Positions 1-10,200 of a stretch of 45,128 nucleotides of DNA are shown piece by piece (positions within the stretch are counted from its first letter, which is position 1; each line of letters begins with the position of its first letter). This DNA comes from a virus (Duplodnaviria; Caudoviricetes). The stretch covers positions 1 to 45,128 of the IMG/VR virus record IMGVR_UViG_3300030117_003909; one strand, given 5' to 3'. A model generated the notes under the pieces. It did no database searches. It saw only the letters and a program-made list of their open reading frames with translations, and was not told the origin of the DNA. The position numbers and the translations under genes are program-made.

Positions 1-91
1 GCAGACGTGCGAGCGCGCGAAAAGGAGGCCATCGCAAGCGACCTTGCCGTGGTAGAGAAAGCGTTTACTGACGACCCAACAACGACCCTGG
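1..91. repeat. Terminal direct repeat of the contig (identical to 45038-45128); assembly overlap of a circular or circularly permuted genome
   Basis: GCAGACGTGC...GACCCTGG occurs at both ends, and the ORF starting at 44012 continues in frame into 1..1227. Confidence 0.95.
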
Positions 92-1227
92 ACAATCTTC
101 GCAAGCAGCACCCCGACGAGGTGCGTCGTCTAGGGACTAGCGAAGAAGGTCGCGACATGCTCCGCAAGCTGACGACCGCCCAAGGCAAACAGGAAGCGGC
201 TGCGCTCTACGTCGGGCTGCAATACGCCGAGCACACGCAAGACTACGAGGAGATCAAGAACAGGTTCCCGCTGGACAAGAAGGGTGTGCCGCAGAACCTG
301 CACCAGCTGGTCGGCTTGACCAACGAGCAGCGCGGCACTGCAATCGACCTTATCCGGCGAGCTCACGGTCTGGAGCCCAACGACAAGGGACGGCTGCGGA
401 AAGGCGACCTGGTTAAGGCCCGGCTCGGCGGCTCGGTGTGGGCGCACGTCAACGGCGATCTAGCACAGCCGCTCGATCCGATGGTCGTCGACGACATGGT
501 TCGCGAGATGAACCGCGACCTGAGCCCTGACAAGCTCGGCCGCGAGCCCACAGCTGACGACGAGCGCAACTGGCTGGAGTCTCAGCTGCGCGAGGGCACT
601 TACCGCTACAGCGACGAAACGGTCGTGCCGCGCGCGGCGTTGCGTAGCTTAAAGCCAGGGATCCTCGCCGGCGTCAAAGGGCTCACCGTCGCCGGCAAGC
701 TGCACCCGACCGACATCAGCATGTCGGTGCGGGGGCACCTCGTTATGATTGCCGAGCAGCAGCTGAAGAAGAGCAACCAGGGACAAGCGCCGTCGCGGCG
801 GCAGGCGGCGCAACGGGCCGAAGCGCTGTGGCTGCAGCTGGGTAGCCCGACTACGTTGGCGGAGGCTAAGAAAGCGGCGGCGGAATACCAAGGCGGCAGC
901 CGCGATTTGATCGGGTCCAACCTGCGGAAGTATCAGGTCGCTGACATGCTTTCGGCTGCTGGCGACGTCGAAGCGCTGGAGATCGCAACGCTGGCCACAC
1001 CGCAAGCGCGCGCCGCGCTAGCGCGCGAGATGGCCGAGCTTCGCCTACGTGCCGAGCTCGGACCAGACGCGGTGGATGAAACCCGTGTCGAAACTGTCAT
1101 GCGCCGACTGTTGCGCGGAGCTCAGGCTTACCGCAACGCCAAGGCAGATCCTGTGACGCCCGAACCGGTGAGCGCAAAGCAGCAAGATATGATCCGAGAG
1201 CAGCAGAAGACTCCGTTCAACTGGTAA
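1..1227 (+). CDS. C-terminal part of an internal virion/ejection protein (T7 gp15-position); full gene 44012..45037 + 1..1227, about 750 aa
   Basis: Same frame across the junction; helical, A/E/R-rich; lies between the small ejection protein and the giant ejection protein. Confidence 0.7.
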   Translation, partial: ADVRAREKEAIASDLAVVEKAFTDDPTTTLDNLRKQHPDEVRRLGTSEEGRDMLRKLTTAQGKQEAAALYVGLQYAEHTQDYEEIKNRFPLDKKGVPQNLHQLVGLTNEQRGTAIDLIRRAHGLEPNDKGRLRKGDLVKARLGGSVWAHVNGDLAQPLDPMVVDDMVREMNRDLSPDKLGREPTADDERNWLESQLREGTYRYSDETVVPRAALRSLKPGILAGVKGLTVAGKLHPTDISMSVRGHLVMIAEQQLKKSNQGQAPSRRQAAQRAEALWLQLGSPTTLAEAKKAAAEYQGGSRDLIGSNLRKYQVADMLSAAGDVEALEIATLATPQARAALAREMAELRLRAELGPDAVDETRVETVMRRLLRGAQAYRNAKADPVTPEPVSAKQQDMIREQQKTPFNW

Positions 1228-1228
1228 G

Positions 1229-4200
1229 ATGACCGACTTCTCCAACTTCGCGCGCTACTCGCAGCAGCCTAAGAACCCGTTTGACCCCGGCTACGTCGGC
1301 TCCTGGCCGGTCGACCCTGCCGGCATCCAGGGCCCCGAGATCGAGGTCTCGCCCGCGCTGCAGCTGATGTTCGAGCGCGAGCAGATGGCGAAGGACCGCG
1401 CGCTAATCGAACAGCTGCGTGCGATGCCGGAGCAGGACGTCGAACAGATGGCCGAGGCCGAAGGGTTGAGCATCGAGCTTGGGCTCGACGCCGAGACCGT
1501 CCGCGCAAACATCAAGAACGCGCGCCGCCTGCTGGCCGTGCAGCAGATGCAGGAAGCCAAGACTGCAGAGAACTACCCGATTCTCTGGCGTCAGATGCAA
1601 GACCCTACCTTCGCTGCGCTGGCGCTTGACGACTTCGACAAGCTGTCCTGGCTTGAGCAGTGGTCGGCTGGTTGGGAGTCGGCGAACATCATGGAGGAGC
1701 TCGCCGCAGCAGCTAACAAGCTGCGCGACCAAGGCGGCACGTTCCGCACCGAGGCAGAGAAAGAGAACTACATGCGCCTGGCGAAGCGCATGGAAGACCT
1801 CGGGCACGTCGACACCTTCTGGGGCATGACTGGCCAGACGATTTCCCAAATGGCGATTTGGGAAACTGGCGTCGCGATCGGCGCGTCGATCGGCGCAGCC
1901 TTCATTCCGCCGGCGGCGCCGGCGCTGGTGCCGATTGCGATTGGCTTGGCCGGCGCCGTGCCCGCGGCCTACCACACCTACGAGCTCGAAGGCGGCCTGG
2001 CCTACCAGCAATACAAAGAAGCCGGCATCGCCGAAGACGTCGCGCGCCGGAACTCACACGCTGCCGGTCTGATCAACGCTGCTATCGAGATGGGCACGTT
2101 GGCGTTCTTTGCCAAGCCGTTTGGCGCCGCAACTCGCAACCTGGCTAACCGCACCGGGCTGACCCGGCGCTTGCTTGGTAACGCGCTTGATAGCCGGACG
2201 GCTACGCGTGCGTGGCGCAAGACCGTAGGCCGCGGCTTGATGTCGCTGGGATCGGAGCTCGGGCAAGAAGTGTCGCAAGAGAACGTGACGGCGCTCTTTG
2301 AATACTTCGGCAAGAAGACGACAGAAGCTCGCGACCAGATGAACGAGGTGATGTCGAACGCCGTGATTAACATGCCTGGCGGTGGGCGTGTCGTGAAGGA
2401 AGACGGCAAAGTGCGCGTGACGCCGGACGTCTTCAAGCGCGTTACCGGGCGGCCGGTCGAGTTCCTTGACTCTGACGGCATGATCACACTTGAAGGCGAC
2501 GTCGCGAAGCGAATGCTCGAAGACGTCCGCGAGATCTTCCCGATCGAGACCGCGCTCAACGACGAGACGTTCTTGTCCGACATGTGGGAGCTTTCGACGG
2601 CGACCGCGGGGCAAGCCATTATGGGCGTTGGCCTGGTCAGCCAGTTCGGCCCAACGCTGCAGCACTTCTCAGAAATGAAGCGCGTGCGGCACGCGAAGGA
2701 GCAGCAGACGGCGTATCAAGAAGTGAAGGAGAACCTGAAGGACAGCAAGCTGCGACAGCGCAGCAGCAGCCGGATGGTCATGCTTCTTCGCAAGCACTGG
2801 CGCGGCACCAAAATGGGCGAGGTGCACATTCCGCGCGCGGAGTTTACCAAGGCGCTCGACGACACCGGGCTGACCGTCGAGGAAGTCGAGGAGGTGTTCC
2901 CCGGTCTAACTGAGCAGCTAGACAAGTCGGAAGAACAGCAGCCGACGGTCGTGCTGGACGGTGCCAAGTTCTTCGGCGAGGTCGCTGAGACCGAGCTCCA
3001 AGACCGACTGTTCGAGCACATCAAGCCGAGCGCAAACGACTACACGATCGCCGAGTCGAAGGCGATGAAGGAGCGGATCGACGCCGAGGCCAAGCGCCTG
3101 CGCGAAGGCATGAAAGCCGCCGACGGTTTGCGCGACCAGGTCGACGTCGACACCGAGCAACTCTTCGAAAAGCTCACGCAGAACGCGCTCGACGCCGGCG
3201 TGCGGAACAAGCAAACCGCACGCGACTCGGCAGCGCTCGCGGTCGCCGGTCTTCGCGTCCGAGCCGAGCACGCCTCGATGGCTAAGGGCACGCTGGTGCT
3301 GCCGTCACAGCTGCTCGCCGACATGGGCATCGACGCCGACAACCTGGTGATCGCCAAGCCCGAGGACTACGACGTCAAGACGGTGTTCCGCCAGTTCGCC
3401 GGCACCCGGTCGGAGACCGCCGACATGCCCGCGTTTGAGCAGGCCGTGCAGATGGCCGAAGCCGGCGCGAGCGCGGACGAGATCTACGAGGCCACTGGGT
3501 GGTTTGTCGGCCCTGAAGGCAAGCCGCGCTACGAGATCAACGACAAGGACGCCGACGTGTTCGAGGATGAAATCCCTGAAGCGAACGGAGAGTCCGTCAA
3601 TCTCAAAGACGTGTTCTACCACCCTGAACTTTTCGCGGCCTACCCACAACTCAAGTCGATGCAGTTCCGCGTCGTCGACAGAGAAGAATCCAACCGCGTG
3701 TTCGACGGCAACGAGAGCGTCGGCGGTTGGTATGACGAAGAGAAAAACGAGATCGTCCACGTCGTGGAGGATGACTCTCCGGCAAGCATGCCGGCGGGCG
3801 GTCAACTACGCAGGACGTTCCTGCACGAGGTGCAGCATGCGATTCAAGAGATCGAAGGCTTCGCCGGCGGCACGCCGGGCGGCGCTAATCGTTTCGCTTT
3901 CCTCGACCGCAAGTCGGACAACTACATGCGGACGGAAATGCACTTCGAGGCGGAAGTGCGAAAGTTCTGGGACACGTTTTTAGGCGTAGACGCGGACAAC
4001 CCGACCAAGATGGGCGAGGCACTAAGCACCAGCGACTTCCAAACGCTCGCCTACTTTGCCGATCTTCAGATCCAGCGTGAGATCCTGACGCGCAAAGAAG
4101 AGAACATGCGCCGCGAAGGCGAGAACGAGGGGCTGATCGACGAGGTAGTAGAAGAGCGCAAGGAAATAGAAGAGTCGATCAACAGGACCCTAGAGGACAT

Positions 4201-7200
4201 CGGCAACCGGGAGATAGAGATCGACAGGGCCCCGGTGCCGTTGCCTGCTCACTACGAAGCGTTTGTCGTGGCAAGGCGCGAGCTCAACATGCTGCTCGAT
4301 CGCATCTTCAAGGAAGACCCCGACGATCTGTATATGCGGACGGCGGGCGAAGCCGAAGCCCGGCTGACCGAGCTCCGCGGCTCGTATACGCCGGAGATGC
4401 GCCGGGCCATACCTTACGACAAGGGTCTGCTCTTGCTTGAAGGCGAAGAGGTTGATGGCCCGCGCGATCGCGCCAACCTCGTTTTCTTCATGCAAGGCAC
4501 CCAGCGGCAGGTTCAGTTCGCGCCGGCGACGTCGACGAAGTTCCGGCAAGTCTTGACGACGACCGTGCCGACGGGCAAGGCCGGCGAGGCAGCGGACCCG
4601 ACCGACGTGCAGCTGCCGCTGAAGGAGCGCGCCATGTCAGGCAGCGCCAAGCAGCAGCAGACCAACGTCAACCTGTTTTCCGCGCGTGAAGCTACGCAGA
4701 CAAAGAGCGGGAAAGCCGTTACTCAGCGCACCTACGACGGCGTGGTCGTTACCGGCGACACGCTCGACGAGCAGGCCGAGTCGATTATCGGGCACATGGT
4801 CCGCAACCTGCACGCGCTGTTCGACGCCGTGCCGCCTGAGATCCGGCTCCGTAGCCGGCTCTGGTATGACGGGGCAAACCGCATGGCGCAGGAGTTTGCG
4901 TCGCGCTACGGCATCTCGCTGCCTCAAGCTGCAGGCATGCTCGCGGTCATGTCGCCGCAAGCGGACTGGCGCATGAACGTCAGCTACGTCGAACGCGTGC
5001 TCGACGCAATGACGCACTTCTCCAACGAGCAGCTGACGCCCGAGATGGACGCTTGGGCCGCTGAATGGGTGAAGGGGTCGGCAGCCAATGAAGCGCTCTA
5101 CGCTGAGATGAAGGGCAAGACCCTGAGCCAGCTGCAGGGTAAGCGCGGGGCGCAAGCGCTTTGGATCCGTGCGTTCGACCAGTTCAACAACAGCAAAGCG
5201 TTTCGCGAGATCGCGCCGGAAGGCGACCTCTTGTCGTTCGTGCAGACAGGCAAGGGGGAAGACCTTAAGATCGGCTGGAAGAGCCTCGGCGCAACAATGA
5301 ACGCGCTCGCGGTCTACGAGGATATCTCGAACCTGCACCTGGCGCTCGGCGATCAGCACAAGGTCCGCAACTTCTACCACAACATCCTCGACCCGAACTC
5401 GGACATCCCGTTCGTTACGGCCGACACGCACCAGGTCGCAGCTAACTTGCTGCTTCCGCTAGGCGGTAACGCCTACGAAGTGTCCCACAACCTGGCCGGT
5501 TCTGGCACGGCTACTGACGGCAAGCTCGGGCTTAAGGGAACCTACTGGCTCTACCACGAAGCCGTAAAGCGCGCCGCGGAAGCACGCGGCGTGCTGCCTC
5601 GCGAGATGCAGTCCATTTCCTGGGAGGCTGTTCGTGGTATCTTTACCCCAGCGATGAAGCGCGACAAGGCGTTCGTCGCCGAGGTTCGCGACACCTGGAA
5701 CCGTCACGAGTCGGGAGAACTCACCCATGCCCAAGCAGTCGAAGAAATCTTCAAGCGCGCGCAAGCCCGCGGCGGCGACCTCGCCGGCCCCTTCTGGACA
5801 AAGATTGCCCCCGGTTCTGGCGGAGCTATCACGGATGGGCATCGCACCTACCGTAGCGAACGTCCGATCCCTGGTGACGCCGGAGACGTTGTCCGAGGAC
5901 CAGAGCAGCGAGGAGGCAGAGCAGATGCTGGCGTCGATGTTCAACAAGAAGGGGCAGCTGAGACCGCACCTACGCGCGCAGATGAGCTCGCAGGCAACCG
6001 CGGAGTAGCCCGGCTATTCCCGCCGCCGGGCCCGGTGCGGGCGCCGGCCGGCACGATGCAGGCAACGCGCGTCGGCGGCGCCGGCCGCACGACGCTTCGT
6101 CAGGGTGGGCTACCGCAGACCGAGACGCCGGAGTTCCGCGCGTGGTTTGGCGACAGCAAGGTCGTCGACGAGAACGGCCAGCCGCGAAGGGTCTACCACG
6201 GCAGCGCTCGTAGCTTCGATCGGTTTGACATTCTGAAGGCGACAGACGCTGAGGGCATGGAACGCGGCATGGGCTGGGGGCCGCGCAAGTTCTACTTTGC
6301 CGACACGGGCGAGGCAGCTAGTAGCAGCGCCGAGTTCGCGCAAATGACGGGCCGAGGCGACGCGCCGCAAGTCTACCCTGTCTACTTATCCGTCCAGAAA
6401 CCAATCAGCGCAGACGTCTACGCCAAGCGAGCGCAAGAGAAAATGGACGCGGGGGCGTCGCGTGCCGAGGCGTTTAGTCAGCTTGACGCTGAGGTCCGTG
6501 CTGAAGGGTTTGACGGGATCGTGGACGATGTCAGCGGGGGCATCGCAGTATTTGAGCCAACGCAGATTAAATCCGCTACCGGTAACCAGGGCACGTTCGA
6601 CCCCAACGACCCGAGCATGCTGCGCCAGCAGGGCGGCGAAGTGCGCGGCGAGTTCGACCCCGAGTCGATGCAGATCATTCTCGGGAAGAAGCACGACCCG
6701 ACCACGATGGTGCACGAGCTCGCGCACTTCTTCTTTGAGCTCGACACCAAGATGGCGCTTGCCGGCGTCGCCAGCCCGCAGCAGCTGCGGGACATGGAGA
6801 CTATTCTCGACGAGCTTGGTGAAGGCGAGTTTAGCAGTCTTGAAGACTACCTAACGTCGGGCCTTGAGAAGCGCCGCAAGCTGCACGAGAAGGTCGCCTA
6901 CAACTTCGAGACCTACATGTTCGAGGGCAAGGCGCCGAACGCTGCGCTCAAGGACGTGTTTCGCCGGATGTCTAAGTGGATGGTGCGGATCTACCGCCAA
7001 GTCCGCGACGTCATCGCAGCGAACTACTACGCCGAGACGTTTGACGAAGCGACAGGCAAGGGGGCCCAGCTGCCGGCGCTGACCGACGACGTCCGTAACG
7101 TGTTCGACCGGTGGCTCGCCGCCGACGAGGAGATCGAGATCCGCCTCCGTGAAGAGGCCATCGGCCGGCTGCTGCGTGCGGACCAGACCGACGACCTAGA

Positions 7201-10200
7201 CGAGCTCGACAAGATCCTGCTGCAGGAGATCGTGTTTGAGCACGAGCACGAGGCAAAGGAGAAGCTCCGCGAGGTGCTGCTCTCTGAGCTCAAGAAGCTC
7301 CGCACTATGCGCGGCCGGATGATGCGGAAGGCGCAGCGCGAAAGCCGCGCCGAGCGCCGGAAGCGCGAAGCTGAAGAGCGCCAGCGGATCGCCAGCGGTG
7401 ATCGCCTCGGCCGGCTGCTGCACTTTATGAGCACGGGCGAACTCCTGAACGCTGACGGCACCGTCGACCGCTCGTCGCTGCAGGCACGGCTCGAAGGCGC
7501 GCTCAACCGTTTGTATCTCTTGATGAAGGAGCAGACGGCGAACAAGCAAGAGCTCGCCGACCGCCAGGCAGCGCTCGACGCAACTATTACGGACTCGGCT
7601 ACCCAGATCGCCGACCAGCGCAAGGGCATTGCCGAGGTGCGCGCCGGGCTTCGGCTCTTGCGTAAGGCGGGCGGCGACCAGTCAACCCGCATCGACGAAA
7701 GCCTGGACTACATCCGCACGGCAGAGTCAAAGATCGAAGGGCTAGAGAAGGCTCGCAAGGCGGCGCGCGAAGAACTCAAGGCGATGCGCGGCGAGATCAA
7801 GCGCGTCGACAAGGCGATCGAGAAGGCGAAGAAGAGCGTCGCCGTCGCGCAGCGCGGCGCCGAGGGTGTGAAGGGCAAGCGCCTACGCATGTTCTTGACC
7901 GACGACCCCCGAGTGCCGGAGCAATACCGGACGACCGACCCCGACAAGGCCGAGATCGTCGACGTCGAGCGCTTCGCCAGGCAGAACGGCTTCGGCTCTG
8001 CCGACGTGATGTTCGATGCGATGCGCCGGCAAATGATCGGCGAGAAGAAGCAGGCTGTCGAGGTCGAAGCTGGTGGCGTCAAGTATCGCCTGCCTGGCGA
8101 CCCCGCCGGCGAGGCTTTGCAGGACATGGTGAACGATCGCACCGACGAGCGCATGCTTGCCGAAGTGCCGCACCTGGCCGACCCCGCGCAGATGCAGTTC
8201 GAGATCGACGCGGCTATGACGAACGAAGCAATCATCCGGCTGCGCGCGGCCGAGCTTCGCATGATGGAGAAGCAGCCGCTCTCCGAGCGTCGCCGCACAC
8301 AAGAGATGGTGCGGGTGGCGCGCGAGGTTGCACGCGTCGACGTCGGCAAGCTGACAACGCGAGAACTGTTTGGCCGCAAGAACTTGGTTCGCAAGTTTAC
8401 CCAGCAGGCCCAGGCGTCAGAGCGCCTGGCCGCGGCCAACCGCGGCGACGTCGAGGCCATGGCCAAGCACCAACGCACCGCGCTCTACTTCCGCGCCATG
8501 GCAGAGCAGGCTACGGACGCTCGCAACGCGATCGAGAAGCAGTCGAACAAGCTGCAGAAGCGCCTGCGGTTCCAGCCGCGAAGCGGCAAAGCGGAAGACC
8601 AACTGGCCAAGTCCTACGGCGGCGCCGTCGTCGAGACTGCGCGTCAGATGCTGGACATGATCGGCGTCGAAGTCGGCTCCGGCGTTCGCAACCAGGGTCC
8701 TGCCTGGCAAGACTTGCCAGAAGACTCGCCCGAACGACAGATGCTGGAGCAGGCCGACAGCGACATGCGTATGGTCGTCTCGACCGATGGCCAGCTGATG
8801 GATCAGTCCGTCGAGCAGGCCATGGAGTCGCTCGAATACGTCGAAGGCGTGCTGATGCAGGGCAAGTGGGCTCGCATGTTTGAGCTCGAAGGCAAGGTCG
8901 CCGAGCTCGACGACATCATCCGGCAGCTGCGCGAGCAGGTTGAAGCGGAGATGACGCCTAAGCGTTCGCGCAAGGCGCCGACGACGGCGCGCGAAAAGAT
9001 TAAGGGCAAGATCCGCCAGTGGAACTACAACACCCAGCGGACTGAGCAGCTGCTCTACGCGCTCGACGGCGACCAGCAAGGTCTGCTGTCTCAGCTGATC
9101 TTCGTCCCCCTTCGCAACGCGGAAGACCAGGTCGAGATCCACCTGGCGGCCGTGATCGAAAAGCTGGCCCCGTTACTGCAGACCGTGCGCGACGAGGTCG
9201 GGTCGAACCGAGACTTGAGCCGGCCCGTTGCGACCGGCGTAGACGCCACAGGAGAGCCTCTGCTGCGCGATCGCAGCAAGCAGACCCAGGACGCCGACGT
9301 GCTGGAGAACGGCAAGCTGGACGTCCTGGGGATGCTCCTGCACTGCGGCAACGAATCGAACCTCCGCCGGCTGTTGCTTGGCTTCGGCTGGGCCGAGCTT
9401 CGGCCGGACGGCAGCATTAACTCCGCGCGTTGGTGGGAGCAGGTGCGCCAGTGGGAAGAGGCCGGCGTGATCACCGCTGCCGACTGGGAGTTCTGCCAGG
9501 GCGTCTGGGACATCTACGAAGACGAGCTCTTGCCGATGACGCAGCAGGCGCACGTCGACATGCTCGGGCGCCGGATGTCGCTAGTGGATAAGGGCATGCC
9601 GATCCTCAAGACGCGCACCATGGCAGACGGGACCGTCGTTAACGTCGCCGGCGGCTACGTGCCAGCGGGTCGCGATCCGCAGCTGCGCTCGCCGAAGGGT
9701 GAGCGGAACGAGCAAGACACGCTACTCGGGTTCCAGCGCTCGATCGCCACGATCAACAAGGGCCACACCAAAGACCGCGTCGACGAGGACGACCCGGATC
9801 CGCTGGACATCAACCCCATCAACCAGATCCTGCACTTCCGGCAGTCGATCATCTTCGCGCAGATGGGGCCGGCGCATAAGAAGGTTGCGACCCTGCTCCG
9901 CAACGACGAGTTCTCGAAGCTGCTGGAGCGCATGGCGCCCGGCATCTACAAGAACGTGCTCGATCCGCTGATGGAGACCGCCGCTACCCTGTCGAGCACG
10001 CTGGTTGCCGCGCGCGGAGCCGACATGCTCGACGGCCTCGACTTCGTCGACAAGCTGCGCTCGAACTACGGCGCCGCTGCAATGTTCGGCAACGTAGTTA
10101 ACTCGCTGCAGGGCATGACCGGCGTGCTGCTCGCTGGCATGTCCGGCCAGGTCAAGTGGCGCTACCTGGCCGAGGGCATGGGCAGCGGGCACACCAAGTC

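Noticed and set aside
6462-6854. Second nested +1-frame gene in the giant ORF
   Set aside because: It overlaps the conserved ART core, has no clear RBS and becomes S/R/T-rich shadow sequence; the same applies to 1479, 2490, 3435, 4686, 6864, 8370 and 9699
7058-7070. Third copy of the late-promoter box (AAGGGGGCCCAGC)
   Set aside because: It lies inside a CDS and has no TGn/-10-like element at the matching distance
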